NCBI GenBank assembly: GCA_002304995.1
Contig: DBPV01000119.1
Location: 1,429 to 65,428, forward strand
Direction: 5' to 3'
Length of the DNA stretch: 64,000 nt
Source: Syntrophaceae bacterium UBA1411
GTDB lineage: Bacteria; Desulfobacterota; Syntrophia; Syntrophales; Smithellaceae
A program made the position numbers and the translations under genes. Within the stretch, counting starts at the first letter, position 1. Each line of letters starts with the position of its first letter. This document shows, piece after piece, positions 39,890 to 48,795 of this stretch. Under the pieces are notes generated by a model. That model did not search any database. It was given only the letters and a program-made list of their open reading frames with translations, and was not told where the DNA came from.

Positions 39890-41068
39890 ATGAATGAAAT
39901 TCAATTGAAATACGGCTGCAACCCCAATCAGAAGCCGGCCCGGATCTTCATGGCGGACGGCGGCAGCCTGCCGGTGACGGTCTTAAACGGCAAACCGGGT
40001 TACATCAATTTTCTCGATGCGCTCAACAGCTGGCAGCTGGTGAAAGAACTTAGGGAAAACACCGGGCAGGTGGCCGCTGCCTCCTTCAAGCACGTGTCGC
40101 CCGCCGGCGCCGCCCTGGGCTTCCCGCTGGACGACGTGCTTCGCCGCATGTACCACATCGCCCCCGGCCTGGAGCTTTCGGAGCTGGCCTGCGCTTACGC
40201 GCGCGCCCGCGGCGCCGACCGCATGAGCAGCTTCGGCGACTGGATTGCTCTGTCCGGCCCGTGCGACGTTCCCACGGCGCAGATCATCAAAAATGAAGTC
40301 ACCGACGGCATCATCGCCCCGGGCTACACGCCGCAGGCGCTGGAAATCCTGAAATCCAAGAAGGGCGGCAACTACAATGTCGTCGCCATCGATCCGCATT
40401 ACGTTCCCGCCGCGATCGAGCACAAGCAGGTTTTCGGCATCACCTTCGAGCAGGGCCGCAACGAGCTCAGGATCGACGCCCGCCTGCTGGAAAACATCGT
40501 GACCGAAAACAAGACGCTATCCGATGCGCAGAAACGCGATCTCGTGCTGGCGCTCATCACGCTCAAATACACGCAGTCCAACAGCGTCTGCTTCGTGCAG
40601 GACGGCCAGGTCATCGGCGTGGGCGCGGGCCAGCAGAGCCGCATCCACTGCACGCGGCTGGCCGGCCAGAAGGCCGATCTGTGGCAGCTGCGGCACATGC
40701 CCAGGGTGCTGGATCTGCCTTTCCGCGCCGATGTTTCCAAACCCAACCGCGACAACGCCATCGACGTTTATCTGGGCGACACTCCTGAAGACGTGATCGG
40801 CGGGGACGTGTGGGCCGAAACCTTTACGCGCCGGCCCGAACCGATTTCAACGGAAGAAAGAAAGGCCTGGCTGGCCAACGTCACCGGCGTCTGCCTGGGG
40901 AGCGACGCGTTTTTCCCGTTCGGCGACAACATCGAACGCGCCCGCCGCAGCGGCGTTGCCGCCATCGTCGAGCCGGGCGGGTCCATCCGCGACCAGCAGG
41001 TGATCGATACCTGCAACAAATACGGGATCGTCATGGCGTTTTGCGGCCTGAGGCTGTTTCACCACTGA
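39890..41068 (+). CDS. purH: AICAR formyltransferase (PurH AICARFT domain only; no MGS-like IMP cyclohydrolase domain)
   Basis: Begins directly with LKYGCNPNQ (canonical RYGENPHQ). Ends in the conserved ...EPGGSIRDQQVIDTCNKYGIVMAFCGLRLFHH. At 392 aa it is about 130 aa shorter than bifunctional PurH. Confidence 0.88.
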   Translation: MNEIQLKYGCNPNQKPARIFMADGGSLPVTVLNGKPGYINFLDALNSWQLVKELRENTGQVAAASFKHVSPAGAALGFPLDDVLRRMYHIAPGLELSELACAYARARGADRMSSFGDWIALSGPCDVPTAQIIKNEVTDGIIAPGYTPQALEILKSKKGGNYNVVAIDPHYVPAAIEHKQVFGITFEQGRNELRIDARLLENIVTENKTLSDAQKRDLVLALITLKYTQSNSVCFVQDGQVIGVGAGQQSRIHCTRLAGQKADLWQLRHMPRVLDLPFRADVSKPNRDNAIDVYLGDTPEDVIGGDVWAETFTRRPEPISTEERKAWLANVTGVCLGSDAFFPFGDNIERARRSGVAAIVEPGGSIRDQQVIDTCNKYGIVMAFCGLRLFHH

Positions 41069-41130
41069 GAAGACGCGCCCGCCGCAAGGCGCGATGCCGC
41101 CGGCGGGCAATGACCGGCAAAGGAAGGACC

Positions 41131-41170
41131 AAAAAGAAGGGGCGAAACTGTTTCGCCCCTTCTTTCGTTT
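41131..41170. terminator. bidirectional intrinsic terminator between purH and purD
   Basis: GGGGCGAAA-CTG-TTTCGCCCC, flanked by AAAAAGAA upstream and TTCTTTCGTTT downstream. Confidence 0.75.
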
Positions 41171-42497
41171 ATTCTGGACGGATCGACTTCATGTGGTCGA
41201 TGCGCTTTTGGATGAGCGCGTCCGTGCCGATGTCGGCGCGGTAGGCGACGGGGCCTTGGACGGCCCGGACGCCCGCTTCGGCGATCCGGCGGGCGGCTGC
41301 AAGCGTGTCGGCGATGCCGACAATGCCGACGGCGCGCGATGCGCTCAGGTAGAGGCCGTCGTCTCTTTTATCGACCGAGGAATAGTAGAGCCGGGCGTCT
41401 CCCACCTCTCCCACCTCGATTCTGGCTTTCGCCGCCGACGCGTCCGGGTGATCGGCGGGCAGGCCGTAGCCTTTCGGCACGACGTATTTGCAGACGGTTG
41501 CCTGGGAGGCGAATTCGATTTGAAGCCGGTCGAGCGTGCCGTCGATGATGTGCCGGCAGACGTCCACAAAATCCGTTTTCAAAAGCGGCAGAATGTTCAT
41601 GGCTTCCGGATCGCCGAAGCGCGCGTTGTACTCCAGGAGCCGCGCGCCGTTTTTCGTGGCGATGAAACCGCCGTACATGACGCCCTTGTAAGGGCTGCCC
41701 GTTTCCGCAAGGAGCGCCGCCGCGACGCGGCGGGTGATGTCCAGGCCTTCTTCAATATCGGCGGGGCGCAGAAACGGCAGCGAATGGTCCGGCAGCGAGT
41801 AGGAGCCCATGCCGCCCGTGTTGGGGCCCTGATCGCCGTCAAACCGCCTTTTGTGATCCTGCACCAGCGGCGTGCCGACGACGGTTTTGCCGTCGCACAG
41901 GCACTGCAGCGAAAATTCCTCGCCGTCGAATTTTTCCTCCACGATCACCGAGGCGCTGTCCTTCAGGATTTGCGCGCACAGCGCCAGCGCTTCGTCCTTC
42001 GAGGCGAAATGATCGCCCTGCACGAGAACGCCCTTGCCGCCGGTGAGTCCGTCCGGCTTGAGGACGACGGCTTCGAGGGTGTCTAAAAACTCTTTCACCC
42101 CCGCGAGCGTCGAAAAAACCCGGTACTGCGGATTGCCGGGAATATCGTATTTGGAAAGCAGACGGCGGGTGAAGGCCTTGGATGTTTCCAGACGCGCCAG
42201 GCTTTGATTCGGCCCGACGGAGGGAATGCCGATCTGCGCAAGGGCATCGACCACGCCATGGTTGAGCGGATCTTCCGGGCCGATCACGGCGAAATCGATT
42301 TGCTGTTCCCGGGCGAAGCCGGTGATGGCCGCCAGATCGGCATAGCCGCCCTGCCGGATTTTTTCCGACAGCGCCGCGATGCCGGGATTGTTGGCCTTCA
42401 TGAAGGAAAACAGGCGCGGTTGCCGCGCCGAGCGTACAATGGCTTCGGCCAGCGCGTGTTCGCGTGCGCCGTTGCCGACCAGCAGAATGTTGGGCAT
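41169..42497 (-). CDS. purD: phosphoribosylamine--glycine ligase
   Basis: MPNILLVGNGAREHALAEAI. ATP-grasp core VLKPDGLTGGKGV. PurD C-domain. Confidence 0.93.
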   Translation of the reverse strand: MPNILLVGNGAREHALAEAIVRSARQPRLFSFMKANNPGIAALSEKIRQGGYADLAAITGFAREQQIDFAVIGPEDPLNHGVVDALAQIGIPSVGPNQSLARLETSKAFTRRLLSKYDIPGNPQYRVFSTLAGVKEFLDTLEAVVLKPDGLTGGKGVLVQGDHFASKDEALALCAQILKDSASVIVEEKFDGEEFSLQCLCDGKTVVGTPLVQDHKRRFDGDQGPNTGGMGSYSLPDHSLPFLRPADIEEGLDITRRVAAALLAETGSPYKGVMYGGFIATKNGARLLEYNARFGDPEAMNILPLLKTDFVDVCRHIIDGTLDRLQIEFASQATVCKYVVPKGYGLPADHPDASAAKARIEVGEVGDARLYYSSVDKRDDGLYLSASRAVGIVGIADTLAAARRIAEAGVRAVQGPVAYRADIGTDALIQKRIDHMKSIRPE

Positions 42498-42519
42498 GGT
42501 TCGAAATCTCCTGTGAACG

Positions 42520-43236
42520 TTATTTGAAAACTTCCTTGAGCAAAGAGGTCACCCGCGCCTGGGGATTGGTGCGGATGTCGGTTTCCTCGCGGGCCAGCAT
42601 GGTAAACAGTCCGTCGAGCGCTTTGGCTGAAACGTAACGGTTGACGTCGAGGTTCAGCGACTTGCCGACCAGGGGCAGGTTCTGCACCTTGCCGGCGATG
42701 GCGTTGTACTGCTGGGTGACTTTGTACTGGTCCATGGTTTTGCGGACGGACGGTTCGAAAAGCGCAAGCAGCCTGTCGTAGGTTTTCCCCTTCAGATAGT
42801 CCGTCGCCGCGGTGTTCCCGCCGCGCAGAATTCGATTGGCGTCGTCAAACGACATGTCCTTCACGGCCTGGGCAAAGATGTCCGCCGCGAGCGGCGCGGC
42901 CTTCTCCGCGGCGCGGTTCATGCTGAGGGTGAAGGCGTCGAGCTCGGGGCCGAAGCCGGCGCCGCGCAAAACGGCGTCCACCTGGCGGACCTCCTCCGGC
43001 AGCAGGATCTTGACGGCCTGGTTGCCGAAATAGCCGTCGTTTTTCCCCAGGTATTTGACGGCGTTTTTCGCGCCGATGGAAAGCGCTTCCTTGAGCCCTT
43101 TCTCCACCTGGCCGCCGTCGGTTTTGGCGGGGGCGACGGTGCCCAGCGTGTCTTTAAGGCTGTCCAGAAAAGAGGCGTGGCCCGGCCAGACAACAAGCAG
43201 GATCAGCAAAATGCCTCCCGGGATTTTTTTTATCAT
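42520..43236 (-). CDS. secreted protein, probably DUF4197 family
   Basis: Signal peptide MIKKIPGGILLILLVVWPGHA. GLKEALSIGAKNAVKYLGKNDGYFGNQAVKILLP resembles DUF4197. The family call is from memory. Confidence 0.6.
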   Translation of the reverse strand: MIKKIPGGILLILLVVWPGHASFLDSLKDTLGTVAPAKTDGGQVEKGLKEALSIGAKNAVKYLGKNDGYFGNQAVKILLPEEVRQVDAVLRGAGFGPELDAFTLSMNRAAEKAAPLAADIFAQAVKDMSFDDANRILRGGNTAATDYLKGKTYDRLLALFEPSVRKTMDQYKVTQQYNAIAGKVQNLPLVGKSLNLDVNRYVSAKALDGLFTMLAREETDIRTNPQARVTSLLKEVFK

Positions 43237-43467
43237 GATGGTCTCCTTTCGGCCGTCGTTGGACGGTCTTGGAATGTCTGTCCGGATTGCAGGGTTCTGT
43301 CGGAACCGACTTTTACAAAAGTATAGAAAGGATGGACAGTGAAGTCAATCGAATAATCTCGGCTTCGGCAATCGGCCGCCCGGCTTTTCCAAAGCGCGGT
43401 ATCTTTTTTTTCCGGAATCTGTTACATTGAAAATCATCAAGCAGGCAAGCGAGGTCGCAAAGCATCC

Positions 43468-44742
43468 TTGGTTTCAGGTTCGGATATCGTCATTCTTTTG
43501 ATCCTTTTTCTGTTCTCCGGCTTTTTTTCGTCGGCGGAGGCGGCGCTTTTGTCTCTGTCGGATCTGCACCTGCACAAGATGAAATCGGACAACTACCCGT
43601 TCTTCACGTCCGTTCTCAAACTTCTGGAAAATCCGCGGCGCCTGCTCATCACGGTCGTGACCAGCAATGAAGCGGTGAACATCAGCATCTCCATCCTGGC
43701 CGCTTCCCTGTTTATCGGCCTCTTCGGCGCGCCCGGGCAGTGGATATCGATTATCGTCACCTCGCTCGTCCTTTTTTTCGCCGGCGAAGCCATTCCCAAG
43801 ACGTTCGGCGTGACGTATCCCATGCAGATCGCGTCCGCCGTTTCGCCGCTCCTGCTTTTGATCTCGCGGCTCGAATTTCCCCTGGTGGCGGCGCTGGAGA
43901 AAACGCCGGGCTTCATTTTGCGGCGGCTGGGCCGGCGCCGGGCCAGGCGCCAGGATGTCCTCATGGAGGATGAATTCAAACATCTCATCGACGCCGGCAG
44001 CCGCGACGGCGTGGTGGACGAGTCGCAGCGGGAACTCATCAAAACCATCTTTGCCTCCGGCGACCGGCCGGTGACGGACATCATGATTCCCCGCGTCGAG
44101 ATGTTTTGTCTGCCGGCGGACAGGCCGCCCGCCGAGATTGTCTCGGCGGTGATCTCCGGACGCTACGAGCGGGTGCCGGTGTACCGGGAAGACCGCGACG
44201 ACGTGATCGGCATCCTGTTCGCCCGCGATCTGCTCACGGACGCGCTGCGCCTGGGCGCGCCCGCCTCCATCGAAAAGCTCCTGGCCCGCCCTTATTTCGT
44301 TCCGGAGACGAAAACCATCAACGCCCTCCTGGGCGATTTTCAGAACCAGTCGGTGCAAATGGCCATCGTCGTCGATGAATACGGCGGCGTGTCGGGGCTG
44401 GTCACTCTGGAGGATATTCTGGAGAATCTTTTTGAGGAAGCCTACGGCGAGGACGAACCGGCGTGCAGCGGCTGCGAGATCATGGACGACAAAACCATGA
44501 TCGTGCCGGGCGGCATGGCGATTGAAGAGGTAAACGAACTTTTGCACGCGGCCCTGCCGCAGGACGAGTTCGATACGATCGGCGGTTTTGTCCTCCATCT
44601 CTTCGGCAAGATGCCCGAACGCGGCGAGATCGCGGCCTTTGCGCCCTACCGGTTTTGCGTGGAAAGCGTCGGCCGCACCAGAATTCTCAAGATCCGCATC
44701 GAGAAGGTCGACGAAAACGAGCCCCGGGAGGAACGGACATGA
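43468..44742 (+). CDS. CNNM/CorC-family transporter-associated protein (DUF21 + CBS pair + CorC_HlyC), 'hemolysin family protein'
   Basis: Four N-terminal TM helices with SSAEAALLS. CBS pair (IMIPRVEM...). C-terminal transporter-associated domain. TTG start. Confidence 0.88.
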   Translation: MVSGSDIVILLILFLFSGFFSSAEAALLSLSDLHLHKMKSDNYPFFTSVLKLLENPRRLLITVVTSNEAVNISISILAASLFIGLFGAPGQWISIIVTSLVLFFAGEAIPKTFGVTYPMQIASAVSPLLLLISRLEFPLVAALEKTPGFILRRLGRRRARRQDVLMEDEFKHLIDAGSRDGVVDESQRELIKTIFASGDRPVTDIMIPRVEMFCLPADRPPAEIVSAVISGRYERVPVYREDRDDVIGILFARDLLTDALRLGAPASIEKLLARPYFVPETKTINALLGDFQNQSVQMAIVVDEYGGVSGLVTLEDILENLFEEAYGEDEPACSGCEIMDDKTMIVPGGMAIEEVNELLHAALPQDEFDTIGGFVLHLFGKMPERGEIAAFAPYRFCVESVGRTRILKIRIEKVDENEPREERT

Positions 44743-46040
44743 CCGTCTATCTGATCCTGGCTGTGATCTTTCTGTGTCTGATTCTGGAAGCCCTGTATTC
44801 CGGCGGCGAGGTGGCGCTCTTTTCCGCGGACATCAACAAGATCAAATACTACGCCGGCAAAGGCTCGTCCGGCGCGAAGCAGGCGGTCCGGCTCAAGGAA
44901 AATCCGGAATGGTTCATTTCTACGGCGCTCATCGGTACGAATCTGGCTCTTATTGTCGCCTCCACGCTGGCGACGGGATTGCTCATCCACTCCTTCGGCC
45001 CGAGCCGGGGCGAGCAGATCGCCTTTTACATCATGCTGCCGACGCTCTTCGTGATCATCATCATCCGCAGCATTTTTCAGCATTATGCGGAAGCCATGGC
45101 GATCCGGGTCGCCCATTTCATCCGCATCTCCTCTTTCGTTTTTTATCCGGTCGCCTACCTGATCGCCGTCGTGTCGCGCCGAACCGTGAATATTTCGCGC
45201 GAGGCCAAGAACCGTCAGCCGTCTTACATTACCAAAGAGGGGCTGAAGTACATCCTCGATGAAAAAACGCTGGGCAGCGACATTGAAGAAACGGAAAAGG
45301 AGATGATCAGCCGCGTGTTCGATTTTTCCGAACTGACGGCGGAGGAAATCATGGTGCCGATCTCAGCGCTGACGGCCCTGCCGCAGACCATGACGCTTGG
45401 CGAGGCGGCAGCCATCGTCGGCGCCAAGAAATACATGCGCGTGCCGGTGTACGCGGACACGGTGTACAATATCGTCGGCATTCTGCATTACTTCGACCTG
45501 CTGGAAATTCTCTGGAAGCGCAAGCGCGCGGAAACGGACGCGGACGCAGCGACGGTGGCCGACTGCATGCGCACCGACGTCTTTTACGTTCCCGAAACGA
45601 AAAAAGCCGGTCCGCTCCTGATGGACATGCACCGGCGGCATGAAACCATGGCCGTCGTCGTTGATGAGTACGGCGGCGCCGTCGGCATCGTCACCCTGGA
45701 AGACATCGGGGAGGAAATCACGGGCAGTATGGACGACGCGTACAATACGGGCGAAAAGCTGTACCGGCGTGTGGCGCCGGGCCGCTACCTGGTGAATGGC
45801 CGGATGAAAATCGACGATCTCAATCAAATCCTGTTGACAAACCTGCCCGAGGGCAATTATGAGACGCTTGGCGGCTTTCTGATGCAGCAGGCGGGCCGAA
45901 TTCCCCTGCGCCGGGAGAGGCTGGAACACTCGGGCGTGACCTTTATCGTGGAAAATGCCGATGCGAAATCCGTCCGCGATGTGCTGGTCATCTTTCCCCC
46001 GCAATTTGAGGCGCCGCAAATTTCTTCTCCGGCGAGGTAA
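44739..46040 (+). CDS. CNNM/CorC-family protein, tandem paralog
   Basis: Same architecture (SGGEVALFSA; CBS pair; C-terminal domain). I trimmed the start to ATG 44739, which overlaps the upstream stop as ATGA. Confidence 0.88.
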   Translation: MTVYLILAVIFLCLILEALYSGGEVALFSADINKIKYYAGKGSSGAKQAVRLKENPEWFISTALIGTNLALIVASTLATGLLIHSFGPSRGEQIAFYIMLPTLFVIIIIRSIFQHYAEAMAIRVAHFIRISSFVFYPVAYLIAVVSRRTVNISREAKNRQPSYITKEGLKYILDEKTLGSDIEETEKEMISRVFDFSELTAEEIMVPISALTALPQTMTLGEAAAIVGAKKYMRVPVYADTVYNIVGILHYFDLLEILWKRKRAETDADAATVADCMRTDVFYVPETKKAGPLLMDMHRRHETMAVVVDEYGGAVGIVTLEDIGEEITGSMDDAYNTGEKLYRRVAPGRYLVNGRMKIDDLNQILLTNLPEGNYETLGGFLMQQAGRIPLRRERLEHSGVTFIVENADAKSVRDVLVIFPPQFEAPQISSPAR

Positions 46041-46048
46041 AACGACAA

Positions 46049-46804
46049 ATGAAAAGTTCAAAGTTCTGCGCGCTTATTCTGGCGGCGGGAAAAGGCACCC
46101 GCATGCAATCCGATCTGGCCAAGGTGCTGCACAAGATGAATGACCGGCCGCTTTTGTCCTATGTGCTCGCGACGGCCCGGACGGCGGGAGCCGAAAAAAT
46201 CGTTGTGATCGTCGGCCATCAGGCGGACAAGGTCCGGGAAGCCTTTCCCGATGCCGATCTGGAATTTGCGCTGCAAAATCCGCAGCTGGGGACGGGGCAC
46301 GCAGTGATGCAGGCCAGGAGCCTTCTTGCGGACTATCCGGGGCTGACGGTGATTCTCTGCGGCGACGTTCCGCTCTTGCTTTCGGATACGGTCCGCACGC
46401 TTGTCGCCAGCCATCAGGCCGCCGGAGCGGCGGTCACGGTGCTCACCACCGAGCCGCCCGGACCTCACGCGTACGGCCGCATTGTGAAAAACGACCGAGG
46501 CGAAGTACTGAAAATCGTTGAGCACCGCGACGCCACCGACCGGGAAAAGGAAATTCTGGAAATCAACACGGGCATCTACTGCGTGGATACGCCTTTTCTG
46601 TTTGCCGCGCTAAACCAGGTGAAAAACGACAACCGCCAGAAGGAGTACTATCTTACGGACATCGTGGAAATCGCCCGGAAGGATGGCCGGAAAGTGCAGG
46701 CCTGCCTGACGGCAGACTACGTCGAAGTGATGGGCATCAACACGCTTGAAGAGCTGCGGAAAGCCGGCGATTACCTGCGCCGGCGGGCCGGCGGTCAGGT
46801 TTGA
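46049..46804 (+). CDS. nucleotidyltransferase, GlmU N-terminal (uridylyltransferase) domain only
   Basis: ALILAAGKGTRMQSDLAKVLH, LQNPQLGTGHAV, LCGDVPLL, EYYLTDIV. It stops after 251 aa, before any left-handed beta-helix acetyltransferase domain. Confidence 0.8.
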   Translation: MKSSKFCALILAAGKGTRMQSDLAKVLHKMNDRPLLSYVLATARTAGAEKIVVIVGHQADKVREAFPDADLEFALQNPQLGTGHAVMQARSLLADYPGLTVILCGDVPLLLSDTVRTLVASHQAAGAAVTVLTTEPPGPHAYGRIVKNDRGEVLKIVEHRDATDREKEILEINTGIYCVDTPFLFAALNQVKNDNRQKEYYLTDIVEIARKDGRKVQACLTADYVEVMGINTLEELRKAGDYLRRRAGGQV

Positions 46805-46807
46805 TCT

Positions 46808-47797
46808 GTGTCCGCAATAAACGATCTTTGCAAAAACACAGCGATGCTCGCGCCGCTTGCGGGAGTGACGGATCTGCCGTTTCGCCTGATCGCCCGCGGA
46901 TTCGGCTGCGGCCTGTGTTTCACGGAGATGGTGAGCGCCAACGGCCTGGTCCGCGAAACAGCCAAAACCCTGGAGTATCTGAAAACCTGCCCGGAGGACC
47001 GGCCCCTGGGCGTGCAGATTTTCGGGGCGGACCCCGCCGTCATGGCGGAGGCGGCGCGAATTGTCGGGGAGCATGATCCCGATATTCTGGATCTCAACAT
47101 GGGGTGCCCGGTCCGTAAGGTCGTCAAAACGGGCGCCGGCGCCATGCTGATGAAAGACCTTCCGCTGGCCGGCCGGATCATTGCCGCCGTGGTCCGCGCG
47201 GTCAAAAAGCCGGTGACCGTGAAAATGCGGGCCGGCTGGAGCCGGGCGACACAAAATGCCGTACAACTGGCCCGGATCGCCGAGGATGCCGGCGCGGCGG
47301 CCGTGATCGTGCACGGCCGGACGGCCGATCAGGGATTTTCCGGTTTTGCCGACTGGTCGGTCATTGCGGACGTTAAAAGAGCCGTCGGCATTCCGGTTGT
47401 CGGCAACGGGGATATCCGGCAGCCGTCCGACGCGCAGGCCATGCTCAAACAAACAGGGTGTGACGCAGTCATGGTGGGCCGGGGCGCCCTGGGCCATCCC
47501 TGGCTCTTTCAGGGAATATCCGATCTCCTCACCGGCGCGGCCGGCGCGGACCGTCCCTCCCTGGCCGGACGCTGCGCCGTCATCCGCAAACATTGGGAAA
47601 TGGAATTGCAACATCTGGGCCCGCGGCAGGCCGACCGCTCGTTTCGCAAGCATCTGTTATGGTACACGAAGGGACTGCCGGCCTCCGGGCGCCTTCGGGA
47701 AACAATGGGGAAAATGACGGACGCTAACCGGATGATTGCGGAATTAGAGGAGTATTTCCGGTTCCTGGAACGAGTGCAACCCGAAATAATGACTTGA
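46808..47797 (+). CDS. dusB: tRNA dihydrouridine synthase
   Basis: MLAPLAGVTDLPFRLI, DLNMGCPV, VTVKMRAGW, HGRT, NGDI motifs. GTG start. Confidence 0.9.
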   Translation: MSAINDLCKNTAMLAPLAGVTDLPFRLIARGFGCGLCFTEMVSANGLVRETAKTLEYLKTCPEDRPLGVQIFGADPAVMAEAARIVGEHDPDILDLNMGCPVRKVVKTGAGAMLMKDLPLAGRIIAAVVRAVKKPVTVKMRAGWSRATQNAVQLARIAEDAGAAAVIVHGRTADQGFSGFADWSVIADVKRAVGIPVVGNGDIRQPSDAQAMLKQTGCDAVMVGRGALGHPWLFQGISDLLTGAAGADRPSLAGRCAVIRKHWEMELQHLGPRQADRSFRKHLLWYTKGLPASGRLRETMGKMTDANRMIAELEEYFRFLERVQPEIMT

Positions 47798-47883
47798 CAT
47801 TTGATTGGTGAATTGGCATAAAAGAATCAAAAGGAAAGCAGGGTCACTGGCGTTAAATTCTTTGCAAAGGATGAAGGAAAGCC

Positions 47884-48114
47884 GTGGAAATAAGCAAATT
47901 TACAGAGCTTGAAGAAAAGATTAAGCATATTGTCAGTGAACAGGTTTTTTTAAAAAAACAGATTTCTGTATTGGAGGAAGCGTTAAAAAATAAAGAATTG
48001 GAGATAGAAGGGTACAAAAGCAAACTCACGGTATTGGACGAGGAAAGGAACAGCGTACGCGCAAGGGTGGATTCACTGCTCGATTTACTTGCAGATATAG
48101 AGGTAGCCAAATAA
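47884..48114 (+). CDS. zapB: coiled-coil protein, ZapB-like
   Basis: A 76-aa continuous heptad coiled coil (LEEKIKHIV...LEEALKNKELEIE...). It lies immediately upstream of zapA. GTG start. Confidence 0.55.
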   Translation: MEISKFTELEEKIKHIVSEQVFLKKQISVLEEALKNKELEIEGYKSKLTVLDEERNSVRARVDSLLDLLADIEVAK

Positions 48115-48131
48115 GCTTCCAGGGCGGAATT

Positions 48132-48410
48132 TTGAAAAAGCGTTACGACATCGAAATTTTAGGTCAAGAGCTTGCGGTTTTGAGTGATGCGGAAGATGAA
48201 CAAGTGGCCAACGTTGTCCGGTACGTCAATGATAAGATGGAAGACATCCTTCGCACCAACGACGGACTGAGGACAGTCGATGTGGCCATCCTGGCGGCTT
48301 TGAACATTACAGAAGATTTTTTAAAATTAAAGGGAGTTAACGAGGACCTGTGTGATCAGTTGCAGAAACGGTCCGAAACTTTGATCCAACTGATTGAAAA
48401 CGCAAGTTAA
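48132..48410 (+). CDS. zapA: cell division protein ZapA
   Basis: 92 aa. YDIEILGQELAVLSDAEDEQVANVVRYVNDKMEDI matches the ZapA N-domain pattern, followed by a C-terminal coiled coil. TTG start. Confidence 0.75.
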   Translation: MKKRYDIEILGQELAVLSDAEDEQVANVVRYVNDKMEDILRTNDGLRTVDVAILAALNITEDFLKLKGVNEDLCDQLQKRSETLIQLIENAS

Positions 48411-48423
48411 TTGAAAAAATGTT

Positions 48424-48620
48424 TACCCCTGCGATGCGCGTGATTGTCATTTGTTTTTGAGCCAACACTTTGAACCTGGGGCCTATTCTTGTTTGCGGTG
48501 TGCATGTCCGCCTTTTTCCGCTGGTCGGGTGGCAGAAAGCCTGAAACAAACAACACCGGGCACCCACTTGTTGAAAAGGTTCAAAATCGTGATTAACACG
48601 GCATAGGCGGGGGTTTTTTT
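48424..48620 (+). ncRNA. ssrS: candidate 6S RNA
   Basis: A ~195-nt non-coding gap directly after zapA. The 5' arm (CCCCTGCGATGCGCGTGATTG...GTTTTTGAGCC) can form a long interrupted helix with the 3' arm (GGTTCAAAATCGTGATTAACACGGCATAGGCGGGG). It ends in a GC stem plus T-run. zapA-ssrS synteny is known from E. coli. Confidence 0.5.
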
Positions 48621-48795
48621 ATTTTCCCGCCCCCTTTTTAAATCCAATCCTGTAAAGAAATGCTTTTTTAGCGGCGATCAACCATGAATCCTTCGGCGCG
48701 GTTGTTCTGTGTCGGAAGGTTTGAATATAATCCCGCAGACGGCGTCCGGCTTTGGCAGGGGCGGCTTTCAGCGGGGCAAGGAGGAGGGAAGGACC

